Shown piece by piece: positions 25,274-39,905 of a stretch of DNA of 64,000 bases. The notes beneath the pieces were generated by a model. That model was not told the DNA's origin, searched no databases, and saw only the letters and a program-made list of their open reading frames with translations. This stretch comes from the human T2T-CHM13v2.0 reference genome, Homo sapiens, in NCBI RefSeq assembly GCF_009914755.1, contig NC_060933.1. One strand, 5' to 3'. The position numbers and the translations under genes are program-made. Each line of letters begins with the position of its first letter. Within the stretch, counting starts at the first letter, position 1.

Positions 25274-28200
25274 CATTCTCAGAAACTTGTTTGTGATGTG
25301 TGTATTCAACTAACAGAGATGAACCTTTCTTTTTACAGAGCAGTTTTGAAACACTCTTTTTGTGGAATCTGAAAGTGGATATTTGGATAGCTTTGAGGAT
25401 TTCGTTGGAAACGGGATTACATATAAAACCTAGAGAGAAGCATTCTCAGGAACTTCTTTGTGATGTTTGCCTTCAAGTCACAGGACTGAACATTCCCTTT
25501 CATAGAGCAGGTTTGAAACACTCTTTCTGTAGTATCTGCAAGCTGACGTTTCAAGCGCTTTCAGGCCTATGGTGAGAAAGGAAATATCTTCAAGTAAAAA
25601 CTAGACAGAAGCATTCTCAGAAACTTATTTGCCATGTGTGTTCTCAACTAACAGAGTTGAACCTTTGTTTTGATACGGCATTTTGGAAACACTCTTTTTG
25701 TAGAATCTGCAGGTGGATATTCGGATAGCTTTGAAGGTTTCGTTGGAAACGGGAATATCTTCATATAAAATCTAGACGGAAGCATTCTCAGAAACTGCTT
25801 TGTGATGTTTTCATTCAAGTCACAGAGTAGAATGTTCCCTGTTATATACCAGGTTTGAGACACTCTTTCTGCACTACCCGGAAGTGGACGTTTGGAGCGC
25901 TTTGAGGCCTATGTTGAAAAAGGAAATATCTTCCCATAAAAACTAGACAGAAGCATTCTCAGAAACTTGTTTGTGATGTGTGTATTCAACTAACAGAGAT
26001 GAACCTTTCTTTTTACAGAGCAGTTTTGAAACACTCTTTTTGTGGAATCTGAAAGTGGATATTTGGATAGCTTTGAGGATTTCGTTGGAAACGGGATTAC
26101 ATATAAAATCTAGAGAGAAGCATTCTCAGGAACTTCTTTGTGATGTTTGCATTCACGTCACAGAACTGAACATTCCCTTTCATAGAGCATGTTTGAAACA
26201 CTCTTTCTGTAGTATCTGCAAACGGACATTTCAAACGCTTTCAGGCCTATGGTGAGAAAGGAAATATCTTCAAGTAAAAACTAGACAGAAGCATTCTCAG
26301 AAACTTATTTGCGATGTGTGTCCTCAACTAACAGAGTTGAACCTTTCTTTTGATACAACATTTTGGAAACACTCTTTTTGTAGAATCTGCAAGTGGATAT
26401 TTGAATAGCTTTGAAGGTTTCGTTGGAAACGGGAATATCTTCATATAAAATCAAGACAGAAGCATTCTCAGAAACTTCTCTGTGATGTTTGCATTCAACT
26501 CATAGAGTTGAACACTTCCCTTCATACAGCAGGTTTGAAACACTCTTTTTGTAATATTTGGAAGTGGACATTTGCAGCGCTTTGAGGCCTATGATGAAAA
26601 AGGTAATATCTTCCCATAAAAACTAGACAGAAGCATTCTCAGAAACTTGTTTGTGATGTGTGTATTCAACTAACAGAGATGAACCTTTCTTTTTACAGAG
26701 CAGTTTTGAAACACTCTTTTTGTGGAATCTGAAAGTGGATATTTGGATAGCTTTGCGGATTTCGTTGGAAACGGGATTACATATAAAATCTAGGGAGAAG
26801 CACTCTCAGGAACTTCTTTGTGATGTTTGCATTCAAGTCACAGAACTGAACATTCCCTTTCATAGAGCAGGTTTGAAACACTCTTTCTGTAGTATCTGCA
26901 AGCGGACGTTTTAAGCGCTTTCAGGCCTGTGGTGAGAAAGGAAATATCTTCAAATAAAAACTAGACAGAAGCATTCTCAGAAACTTATTTGCGATGTGTG
27001 TCCTCAACTAACAGAGTTGAACCTTTCTTTTGATACAACATTTTGGAAACACTCTTTTTGTAGAATCTGCAAGTGGATATTTGGATAGCTTTGAAGGTTT
27101 CGTTGGAAACGGGAATATCTTCATATGAAATCAAGACAGAAGCATTCTCAGAAACTTCTCTGTGATGTTTGCATTCAACTCATAGAGTTGAACACTTCCC
27201 TTCATACAGCAGGTTTGAAACACTCTTTTTCTAATATTTGGAAGTGGACATTTGCAGCGCTTTGAGGCGTATGTTGAAAAAGGAAATATCTTCTCCTAAA
27301 AACCAGACAGAAGCATTCTCAGAAACTTCCTTGTGATGTGTGTACTCAAGTAACAGAGTTGAACCTTCCTTTTGACAGAGCAGTTTTGAAGCACTCTTTT
27401 TGTAGAATCTGCAAGTGGATATTTTGATACCTTTGAGGATTTCGTTGGACACGGGATATCTTCATATAAAATCTAGACAGAAGCATTCTCAGAAACTTCT
27501 TTGTGCTGTATGTCCTCAATTAACAGAGTTGAACCTTTGTGTGGATACAGCATTTTGGAAACATTCCTTTAGTAGAATCTGCAAGTTGATATTTAGATAG
27601 CTAGGAAGATTTCCTTGGAAACGGGAATATCTTCATATAAAATCTAGACGGAAGCATTCTCAGAAAGTGCTTTGTGATGTTTGCATTCAAGTCACAGAGT
27701 TGAATATTCCCTTTTATAGAGCAGGTTTGAAACACTCTTTCTGCACTACCTGGAAGTGGACATTTGGAGCGCTTTGAGGCCTATGTTGAAAAACGAAATA
27801 TCTTCCCATAAAAACTAGACAGAAGCATTCTCAGAAACTTGTTTGTGATGTGTGTATTCAACTAACAGAGATGAACCTTTCTTTTTACAGAGCAGTTTTG
27901 AAACACTCTTTTTGTGGAATCTGAAAGTGGATATTTGGATAGCTTTGAGGATTTCGTTGGAAACGGGATTACATATAAAACCTAGAGAGAAGCATTCTCA
28001 GGAACTTCTTTGTGATGTTTGCCTTCAAGTCACAGGACTGAACATTCCCTTTCATAGAGCAGGTTTGAAACACTCTTTCTGTAGTATCTGCAAGCTGACG
28101 TTTCAAGCGCTTTCAGGCCTATGGTGAGAAAGGAAATATCTTCAAGTAAAAACTAGACAGAAGCATTCTCAGAAACTTATTTGCCATGTGTGTTCTCAAC

Positions 28201-31200
28201 TAACAGAGTTGAACCTTTGTTTTGATACGGCATTTTGGAAACACTCTTTTTGTAGAATCTGCAGGTGGATATTCGGATAGCTTTGAAGGTTTCATTGGAA
28301 ACGGGAATATCTTCATATAAAATCTAGACGGAAGCATTCTCAGAAACTGCTTTGTGATGTTTTCATTCAAGTCACAGAGTAGAATGTTCCCTGTTATATA
28401 CCAGGTTTGAGACACTCTTTCTGCACTACCTGGAAGTGGACGTTTGGAGCGCTTTGAGGCCTATGTTGAAAAAGGAAATATCTTCCCATAAAAACTAGAC
28501 AGAAGCATTCTCAGAAACTTGTTTGTGATGTGTGTATTCAACTAACAGAGATGAACCTTTCTTTTTACAGAGCAGTTTTGAAACACTCTTTTTGTGGAAT
28601 CTGAAAGTGGATATTTGGATAGCTTTGAGGATTTCGTTGGAAACGGGATTACATATAAAATCTAGAGAGAAGCATTCTCAGGAACTTCTTTGTGATGTTT
28701 GCATTCACGTCACAGAACTGAACATTCCCTTTCATAGAGCATGTTTGAAACACTCTTTCTGTAGTATCTGCAAACGGACATTTCAAACGCTTTCAGGCCT
28801 ATGGTGAGAAAGGAAATATCTTCAAGTAAAAACTAGACAGAAGCATTCTCAGAAACTTATTTGCGATGTGTGTCCTCAACTAACAGAGTTGAACCTTTCT
28901 TTTGATACAACATTTTGGAAACACTCTTTTTGTAGAATCTGCAAGTGGATATTTGAATAGCTTTGATGGTTTCGTTGGAAACGGGAATATCTTCATATAA
29001 AATCAAGACAGAAGCATTCTCAGAAACTTCTCTGTGATGTTTGCATTCAACTCATAGAGTTGAACACTTCCCTTCATACAGCAGGTTTGAAACACTCTTT
29101 TTGTAATATTTGGAAGTGGACATTTGCAGCGCTTTGAGGCCTATGATGAAAAAGGTAATATCTTCCCATAAAAACTAGACAGAAGCATTCTCAGAAACTT
29201 GTTTGTGATGTGTGTATTCAACTAACAGAGATGAACCTTTCTTTTTACAGAGCAGTTTTGAAACACTCTTTTTGTGGAATCTGAAAGTGGATATTTGGAT
29301 AGCTTTGCGGATTTCGTTGGAAACGGGATTACATATAAAATCTAGGGAGAAGCACTCTCAGGAACTTCTTTGTGATGTTTGCATTCAAGTCACAGAACTG
29401 AACATTCCCTTTCATAGAGCAGGTTTGAAACACTCTTTCTGTAGTATCTGCAAGCGGACGTTTTAAGCGCTTTCAGGCCTGTGGTGAGAAAGGAAATATC
29501 TTCAAATAAAAACTAGACAGAAGCATTCTCAGAAACTTATTTGCGATGTGTGTCCTCAACTAACAGAGTTGAACCTTTCTTTTGATACAACATTTTGGAA
29601 ACACTCTTTTTGTAGAATCTGCAAGTGGATATTTGGATAGCTTTGAAGGTTTCGTTGGAAACGGGAATATCTTCATATGAAATCAAGACAGAAGCATTCT
29701 CAGAAACTTCTCTGTGATGTTTGCATTCAACTCATAGAGTTGAACACTTCCCTTCATACAGCAGGTTTGAAACACTCTTTTTCTAATATTTGGAAGTGGA
29801 CATTTGCAGCGCTTTGAGGCGTATGTTGAAAAAGGAAATATCTTCTCCTAAAAACCAGACAGAAGCATTCTCAGAAACTTCCTTGTGATGTGTGTACTCA
29901 AGTAACAGAGTTGAACCTTCCTTTTGACAGAGCAGTTTTGAAGCACTCTTTTTGTAGAATCTGCAAGTGGATATTTTGATACCTTTGAGGATTTCGTTGG
30001 ACACGGGATATCTTCATATAAAATCTAGACAGAAGCATTCTCAGAAACTTCTTTGTGCTGTATGTCCTCAATTAACAGAGTTGAACCTTTGTGTGGATAC
30101 AGCATTTTGGAAACATTCCTTTAGTAGAATCTGCAAGTTGATATTTAGATAGCTAGGAAGATTTCCTTGGAAACGGGAATATCTTCATATAAAATCTAGA
30201 CGGAAGCATTCTCAGAAAGTGCTTTGTGATGTTTGCATTCAAGTCACAGAGTTGAATATTCCCTTTTATAGAGCAGGTTTGAAACACTCTTTCTGCACTA
30301 CCTGGAAGTGGACATTTGGAGCGCTTTGAGGCCTATGTTGAAAAACGAAATATCTTCCCATAAAAACTAGACAGAAGCATTCTCAGAAACTTGTTTGTGA
30401 TGTGTGTATTCAACTAACAGAGATGAACCTTTCTTTTTACAGAGCAGTTTTGAAACACTCTTTTTGTGGAATCTGAAAGTGGATATTTGGATAGCTTTGA
30501 GGATTTCGTTGGAAACGGGATTACATATAAAACCTAGAGAGAAGCATTCTCAGGAACTTCTTTGTGATGTTTGCCTTCAAGTCACAGGACTGAACATTCC
30601 CTTTCATAGAGCAGGTTTGAAACACTCTTTCTGTAGTATCTGCAAGCTGACGTTTCAAGCGCTTTCAGGCCTATGGTGAGAAAGGAAATATCTTCAAGTA
30701 AAAACTAGACAGAAGCATTCTCAGAAACTTATTTGCCATGTGTGTTCTCAACTAACAGAGTTGAACCTTTGTTTTGATACGGCATTTTGGAAACACTCTT
30801 TTTGTAGAATCTGCAGGTGGATATTCGGATAGCTTTGAAGGTTTCATTGGAAACGGGAATATCTTCATATAAAATCTACACGGAAGCATTCTCAGAAACT
30901 GCTTTGTGATGTTTTCATTCAAGTCACAGAGTAGAATGTTCCCTGTTATATACCAGGTTTGAGACACTCTTTCTGCACTACCTGGAAGTGGACGTTTGGA
31001 GCGCTTTGAGGCCTATGTTGAAAAAGGAAATATCTTCCCATAAAAACTAGACAGAAGCATTCTCAGAAACTTGTTTGTGATGTGTGTATTCAACTAACAG
31101 AGATGAACCTTTCTTTTTACAGAGCAGTTTTGAAACACTCTTTTTGTGGAATCTGAAAGTGGATATTTGGATAGCTTTGAGGATTTCGTTGGAAACGGGA

Positions 31201-34200
31201 TTACATATAAAATCTAGAGAGAAGCATTCTCAGGAACTTCTTTGTGATGTTTGCATTCACGTCACAGAACTGAACATTCCCTTTCATAGAGCATGTTTGA
31301 AACACTCTTTCTGTAGTATCTGCAAACGGACATTTCAAACGCTTTCAGGCCTATGGTGAGAAAGGAAATATCTTCAAGTAAAAACTAGACAGAAGCATTC
31401 TCAGAAACTTATTTGCGATGTGTGTCCTCAACTAACAGAGTTGAACCTTTCTTTTGATACAACATTTTGGAAACACTCTTTTTGTAGAATCTGCAAGTGG
31501 ATATTTGAATAGCTTTGATGGTTTCGTTGGAAACGGGAATATCTTCATATAAAATCAAGACAGAAGCATTCTCAGAAACTTCTCTGTGATGTTTGCATTC
31601 AACTCATAGAGTTGAACACTTCCCTTCATACAGCAGGTTTGAAACACTCTTTTTGTAATATTTGGAAGTGGACATTTGCAGCGCTTTGAGGCCTATGATG
31701 AAAAAGGTAATATCTTCCCATAAAAACTAGACAGAAGCATTCTCAGAAACTTGTTTGTGATGTGTGTATTCAACTAACAGAGATGAACCTTTCTTTTTAC
31801 AGAGCAGTTTTGAAACACTCTTTTTGTGGAATCTGAAAGTGGATATTTGGATAGCTTTGCGGATTTCGTTGGAAACGGGATTACATATAAAATCTAGGGA
31901 GAAGCACTCTCAGGAACTTCTTTGTGATGTTTGCATTCAAGTCACAGAACTGAACATTCCCTTTCATAGAGCAGGTTTGAAACACTCTTTCTGTAGTATC
32001 TGCAAGCGGACGTTTTAAGCGCTTTCAGGCCTGTGGTGAGAAAGGAAATATCTTCAAATAAAAACTAGACAGAAGCATTCTCAGAAACTTATTTGCGATG
32101 TGTGTCCTCAACTAACAGAGTTGAACCTTTCTTTTGATACAACATTTTGGAAACACTCTTTTTGTAGAATCTGCAAGTGGATATTTGGATAGCTTTGAAG
32201 GTTTCGTTGGAAACGGGAATATCTTCATATGAAATCAAGACAGAAGCATTCTCAGAAACTTCTCTGTGATGTTTGCATTCAACTCATAGAGTTGAACACT
32301 TCCCTTCATACAGCAGGTTTGAAACACTCTTTTTCTAATATTTGGAAGTGGACATTTGCAGCGCTTTGAGGCCTATGTTGAAAAAGGAAATATCTTCTCC
32401 TAAAAACCAGACAGAAGCATTCTCAGAAACTTCCTTGTGATGTGTGTACTCAAGTAACAGAGTTGAACCTTCCTTTTGACAGAGCAGTTTTGAAGCACTC
32501 TTTTTGTAGAATCTGCAAGTGGATATTTTGATACCTTTGAGGATTTCGTTGGACACGGGATATCTTCATATAAAATCTAGACAGAAGCATTCTCAGAAAC
32601 TTCTTTGTGCTGTATGTCCTCAATTAACAGAGTTGAACCTTTGTGTGGATACAGCATTTTGGAAACATTCCTTTAGTAGAATCTGCAAGTTGATATTTAG
32701 ATAGCTAGGAAGATTTCCTTGGAAACGGGAATATCTTCATATAAAATCTAGACGGAAGCATTCTCAGAAAGTGCTTTGTGATGTTTGCATTCAAGTCACA
32801 GAGTTGAATATTCCCTTTTATAGAGCAGGTTTGAAACACTCTTTCTGCACTACCTGGAAGTGGACATTTGGAGCGCTTTGAGGCCTATGTTGAAAAACGA
32901 AATATCTTCCCATAAAAACTAGACAGAAGCATTCTCAGAAACTTGTTTGTGATGTGTGTATTCAACTAACAGAGATGAACCTTTCTTTTTACAGAGCAGT
33001 TTTGAAACACTCTTTTTGTGGAATCTGAAAGTGGATATTTGGATAGCTTTGAGGATTTCGTTGGAAACGGGATTACATATAAAACCTAGAGAGAAGCATT
33101 CTCAGGAACTTCTTTGTGATGTTTGCCTTCAAGTCACAGGACTGAACATTCCCTTTCATAGAGCAGGTTTGAAACACTCTTTCTGTAGTATCTGCAAGCT
33201 GACGTTTCAAGCGCTTTCAGGCCTATGGTGAGAAAGGAAATATCTTCAAGTAAAAACTAGACAGAAGCATTCTCAGAAACTTATTTGCCATGTGTGTTCT
33301 CAACTAACAGAGTTGAACCTTTGTTTTGATACGGCATTTTGGAAACACTCTTTTTGTAGAATCTGCAGGTGGATATTCGGATAGCTTTGAAGGTTTCATT
33401 GGAAACGGGAATATCTTCATATAAAATCTAGACGGAAGCATTCTCAGAAACTGCTTTGTGATGTTTTCATTCAAGTCACAGAGTAGAATGTTCCCTGTTA
33501 TATACCAGGTTTGAGACACTCTTTCTGCACTACCTGGAAGTGGACGTTTGGAGCGCTTTGAGGCCTATGTTGAAAAAGGAAATATCTTCCCATAAAAACT
33601 AGACAGAAGCATTCTCAGAAACTTGTTTGTGATGTGTGTATTCAACTAACAGAGATGAACCTTTCTTTTTACAGAGCAGTTTTGAAACACTCTTTTTGTG
33701 GAATCTGAAAGTGGATATTTGGATAGCTTTGAGGATTTCGTTGGAAACGGGATTACATATAAAATCTAGAGAGAAGCATTCTCAGGAACTTCTTTGTGAT
33801 GTTTGCATTCACGTCACAGAACTGAACATTCCCTTTCATAGAGCATGTTTGAAACACTCTTTCTGTAGTATCTGCAAACGGACATTTCAAACGCTTTCAG
33901 GCCTATGGTGAGAAAGGAAATATCTTCAAGTAAAAACTAGACAGAAGCATTCTCAGAAACTTATTTGCGATGTGTGTCCTCAACTAACAGAGTTGAACCT
34001 TTCTTTTGATACAACATTTTGGAAACACTCTTTTTGTAGAATCTGCAAGTGGATATTTGAATAGCTTTGATGGTTTCGTTGGAAACGGGAATATCTTCAT
34101 ATAAAATCAAGACAGAAGCATTCTCAGAAACTTCTCTGTGATGTTTGCATTCAACTCATAGAGTTGAACACTTCCCTTCATACAGCAGGTTTGAAACACT

Positions 34201-35481
34201 CTTTTTGTAATATTTGGAAGTGGACATTTGCAGCGCTTTGAGGCCTATGATGAAAAAGGTAATATCTTCCCATAAAAACTAGACAGAAGCATTCTCAGAA
34301 ACTTGTTTGTGATGTGTGTATTCAACTAACAGAGATGAACCTTTCTTTTTACAGAGCAGTTTTGAAACACTCTTTTTGTGGAATCTGAAAGTGGATATTT
34401 GGATAGCTTTGCGGATTTCGTTGGAAACGGGATTACATATAAAATCTAGGGAGAAGCACTCTCAGGAACTTCTTTGTGATGTTTGCATTCAAGTCACAGA
34501 ACTGAACATTCCCTTTCATAGAGCAGGTTTGAAACACTCTTTCTGTAGTATCTGCAAGCGGACGTTTTAAGCGCTTTCAGGCCTGTGGTGAGAAAGGAAA
34601 TATCTTCAAATAAAAACTAGACAGAAGCATTCTCAGAAACTTATTTGCGATGTGTGTCCTCAACTAACAGAGTTGAACCTTTCTTTTGATACAACATTTT
34701 GGAAACACTCTTTTTGTAGAATCTGCAAGTGGATATTTGGATAGCTTTGAAGGTTTCGTTGGAAACGGGAATATCTTCATATGAAATCAAGACAGAAGCA
34801 TTCTCAGAAACTTCTCTGTGATGTTTGCATTCAACTCATAGAGTTGAACACTTCCCTTCATACAGCAGGTTTGAAACACTCTTTTTCTAATATTTGGAAG
34901 TGGACATTTGCAGCGCTTTGAGGCCTATGTTGAAAAAGGAAATATCTTCTCCTAAAAACCAGACAGAAGCATTCTCAGAAACTTCCTTGTGATGTGTGTA
35001 CTCAAGTAACAGAGTTGAACCTTCCTTTTGACAGAGCAGTTTTGAAGCACTCTTTTTGTAGAATCTGCAAGTGGATATTTTGATACCTTTGAGGATTTCG
35101 TTGGACACGGGATATCTTCATATAAAATCTAGACAGAAGCATTCTCAGAAACTTCTTTGTGCTGTATGTCCTCAATTAACAGAGTTGAACCTTTGTGTGG
35201 ATACAGCATTTTGGAAACATTCCTTTAGTAGAATCTGCAAGTTGATATTTAGATAGCTAGGAAGATTTCCTTGGAAACGGGAATATCTTCATATAAAATC
35301 TAGACGGAAGCATTCTCAGAAAGTGCTTTGTGATGTTTGCATTCAAGTCACAGAGTTGAATATTCCCTTTTATAGAGCAGGTTTGAAACACTCTTTCTGC
35401 ACTACCTGGAAGTGGACATTTGGAGCGCTTTGAGGCCTATGTTGAAAAACGAAATATCTTCCCATAAAAACTAGACAGAAG
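25274..35481 (+). repeat. HORs U12-U15: four consecutive 15-mers (starts 25274, 27826, 30378, 32930)
   Basis: Constant 2552-bp spacing of all markers. Confidence 0.9.
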
Positions 35482-37353
35482 CATTCTCAGAAACTTGTTT
35501 GTGATGTGTGTATTCAACTAACAGAGATGAACCTTTCTTTTTACAGAGCAGTTTTGAAACACTCTTTTTGTGGAATCTGAAAGTGGATATTTGGATAGCT
35601 TTGAGGATTTCGTTGGAAACGGGATTACATATAAAATCTAGAGAGAAGCATTCTCAGGAACTTCTTTGTGATGTTTGCATTCACGTCACAGAACTGAACA
35701 TTCCCTTTCATAGAGCATGTTTGAAACACTCTTTCTGTAGTATCTGCAAACGGACATTTCAAACGCTTTCAGGCCTATGGTGAGAAAGGAAATATCTTCA
35801 AGTAAAAACTAGACAGAAGCATTCTCAGAAACTTATTTGCGATGTGTGTCCTCAACTAACAGAGTTGAACCTTTCTTTTGATACAACATTTTGGAAACAC
35901 TCTTTTTGTAGAATCAGCAAGTGGATATTTGAATAGCTTTGAAGGTTTCGTTGGAAACGGGAATATCTTCATATAAAATCAAGACAGAAGCATTCTCAGA
36001 AACTTCTCTGTGATGTTTGCATTCAACTCATAGAGTTGAACACTTCCCTTCATACAGCAGGTTTGAAACACTCTTTTTGTAATATTTGGAAGTGGACATT
36101 TGCAGCGCTTTGAGGCCTATGATGAAAAAGGTAATATCTTCCCATAAAAACTAGACAGAAGCATTCTCAGAAACTTGTTTGTGATGTGTGTATTCAACTA
36201 ACAGAGATGAACCTTTCTTTTTACAGAGCAGTTTTGAAACACTCTTTTTGTGGAATCTGAAAGTGGATATTTGGATAGCTTTGCGGATTTCGTTGGAAAC
36301 GGGATTACATATAAAATCTAGGGAGAAGCATTCTCAGGAACTTCTTTGTGATGTTTGCATTCAAGTCACAGAACTGAACATTCCCTTTCATAGAGCAGGT
36401 TTGAAATACTCTTTCTGTAGTATCTGCAAGCGGACGTTTTAAGCGCTTTCAGGCCTGTGGTGAGAAAGGAAATATCTTCAAATAAAAACTAGACAGAAGC
36501 ATTCTCAGAAACTTATTTGCGATGTGTGTCCTCAACTAACAGAGTTGAACCTTTCTTTTGATACAACATTTTGGAAACACTCTTTTTGTAGAATCTGCAA
36601 GTGGATATTTGGATAGCTTTGAAGGTTTCGTTGGAAACGGGAATATCTTCATATGAAATCAAGACAGAAGCATTCTCAGAAACTTCTCTGTGATGTTTGC
36701 ATTCAACTCATAGAGTTGAACACTTCCCTTCATACAGCAGGTTTGAAACACTCTTTTTCTAATATTTGGAAGTGGACATTTGCAGCGCTTTGAGGCCTAT
36801 GTTGAAAAGGGAAATATCTTCTCCTAAAAACCAGACAGAAGCATTCTCAGAAACTTCCTTCTGATGTGTGTACTCAAGTAACAGAGTTGAACCTTCCTTT
36901 TGACAGAGCAGTTTTGAAGCACTCTTTTTGTAGAATCTGCAAGTGGATATTTTGATACCTTTGAGGATTTCGTTGGACACGGGATATCTTCATATAAAAT
37001 CTAGACAGAAGCATTCTCAGAAACTTCTTTGTGCTGTATGTCCTCAATTAACAGAGTTGAACCTTTGTGTGGATACAGCATTTTGGAAACATTCCTTTAG
37101 TAGAATCTGCAAGTTGATATTTAGATAGCTAGGAAGATTTCCTTGGAAACGGGAATATCTTCATATAAAATCTAGACGGAAGCATTCTCAGAAAGTGCTT
37201 TGTGATGTTTGCATTCAAGTCACAGAGTTCAATATTCCCTTTTATAGAGCAGGTTTGAAACACTCTTTCTGCACTACCTGGAAGTGGACATTTGGAGCGC
37301 TTTGAGGCCTATGTTGAAAAACGAAATATCTTCCCATAAAAACTAGACAGAAG
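35482..37353 (+). repeat. HOR U16: 11-mer B-C-T
   Basis: Spacing 35508->37380. Confidence 0.9.
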
Positions 37354-39905
37354 CATTCTCAGAAACTTGTTTGTGATGTGTGTATTCAACTAACAGAGAT
37401 GAACCTTTCTTTTTACAGAGCAGTTTTGAAACACTCTTTTTGTGGAATCTGAAAGTGGATATTTGGATAGCTTTGAGGATTTCGTTGGAAACGGGATTAC
37501 ATATAAAACCTAGAGAGAAGCATTCTCAGGAACTTCTTTGTGATGTTTGCCTTCAAGTCACAGGACTGAACATTCCCTTTCATAGAGCAGGTTTGAAACA
37601 CTCTTTCTGTAGTATCTGCAAGCTGACGTTTCAAGCGCTTTCAGGCCTATGGTGAGAAAGGAAATATCTTCAAGTAAAAACTAGACAGAAGCATTCTCAG
37701 AAACTTATTTGCCATGTGTGTTCTCAACTAACAGAGTTGAACCTTTGTTTTGATACGGCATTTTGGAAACACTCTTTTTGTAGAATCTGCAGGTGGATAT
37801 TCGGATAGCTTTGAAGGTTTCGTTGGAAACGGGAATATCTTCATATAAAATCTAGACGGAAGCATTCTCAGAAACTGCTTTGTGATGTTTTCATTCAAGT
37901 CACAGAGTAGAATGTTCCCTGTTATATACCAGGTTTGAGACACTCTTTCTGCACTACCTGGAAGTGGACGTTTGGAGCGCTTTGAGGCCTATGTTGAAAA
38001 AGGAAATATCTTCCCATAAAAACTAGACAGAAGCATTCTCAGAAACTTGTTTGTGATGTGTGTATTCAACTAACAGAGATGAACCTTTCTTTTTACAGAG
38101 CAGTTTTGAAACACTCTTTTTGTTGGATCTGAAAGTGGATATTTGGATAGCTTTGAGGATTTCGTTGGAAACTGGATTACATATAAAATCTAGAGAGAAG
38201 CATTCTCAGGAACTTCTTTGTGATGTTTGCATTCACGTCACAGAACTGAACATTCCCTTTCATAGAGCATGTTTGAAACACTCTTTCTGTAGTATCTGCA
38301 AACGGACATTTCAAACGCTTTCAGGCCTATGGTGAGAAAGGAAATATCTTCAAGTAAAAACTAGACAGAAGCATTCTCAGAAACTTATTTGCGATGTGTG
38401 TCCTCAACTAACAGAGTTGAACCTTTCTTTTGATACAACATTTTGGAAACACTCTTTTTGTAGAATCTGCAAGTGGATATTTGAATAGCTTTGAAGGTTT
38501 CGTTGGAAACGGGAATATCTTCATATAAAATCAAGACAGAAGCATTCTCAGAAACTTCTCTGTGATGTTTGCATTCAACTCATAGAGTTGAACACTTCCC
38601 TTCATACAGCAGGTTTGAAACACTCTTTTTGTAATATTTGGAAGTGGACATTTGCAGCGCTTTGAGGCCTATGATGAAAAAGGTAATATCTTCCCATAAA
38701 AACTAGACAGAAGCATTCTCAGAAACTTGTTTGTGATGTGTGTATTCAACTAACAGAGATGAACCTTTCTTTTTACAGAGCAGTTTTGAAACACTCTTTT
38801 TGTGGAATCTGAAAGTGGATATTTGGATAGCTTTGCGGATTTCGTTGGAAACGGGATTACATATAAAATCTAGGGAGAAGCATTCTCAGGAACTTCTTTG
38901 TGATGTTTGCATTCAAGTCACAGAACTGAACATTCCCTTTCATAGAGCAGGTTTGAAACACTCTTTCTGTAGTATCTGCAAGCGGACGTTTTAAGCGCTT
39001 TCAGGCCTGTGGTGAGAAAGGAAATATCTTCAAATAAAAACTAGACAGAAGCATTCTCAGAAACTTATTTGCGATGTGTGTCCTCAACTAACAGAGTTGA
39101 ACCTTTCTTTTGATACAACATTTTGGAAACACTCTTTTTGTAGAATCTGCAAGTGGATATTTGGATAGCTTTGAAGGTTTCGTTGGAAACGGGAATATCT
39201 TCATATGAAATCAAGACAGAAGCATTCTCAGAAACTTCTCTGTGATGTTTGCATTCAACTCATAGAGTTGAACACTTCCCTTCATACAGCAGGTTTGAAA
39301 CACTCTTTTTCTAATATTTGGAAGTGGACATTTGCAGCGCTTTGAGGCCTATGTTGAAAAAGGAAATATCTTCTCCTAAAAACCAGACAGAAGCATTCTC
39401 AGAAACTTCCTTGTGATGTGTGTACTCAAGTAACAGAGTTGAACCTTCCTTTTGACAGAGCAGTTTTGAAGCACTCTTTTTGTAGAATCTGCAAGCGGAT
39501 ATTTTGATACCTTTGAGGATTTCGTTGGACACGGGATATCTTCATATAAAATCTAGACAGAAGCATTCTCAGAAACTTCTTTGTGCTGTATGTCCTCAAT
39601 TAACAGAGTTGAACCTTTGTGTGGATACAGCATTTTGGAAACATTCCTTTAGTAGAATCTGCAAGTTGATATTTAGATAGCTAGGAAGATTTCCTTGGAA
39701 ACGGGAATATCTTCATATAAAATCTAGACGGAAGCATTCTCAGAAAGTGCTTTGTGATGTTTGCATTCAAGTCACAGAGTTGAATGTTCCCTTTTATAGA
39801 GCAGGTTTGAAACACTCTTTCTGCACTACCTGGAAGTGGACATTTGGAGCGCTTTGAGGCCTATGTTGAAAAACGAAATATCTTCCCATAAAAACTAGAC
39901 AGAAG
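37354..39905 (+). repeat. HOR U17: 15-mer
   Basis: Spacing 37380->39932. Confidence 0.9.
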
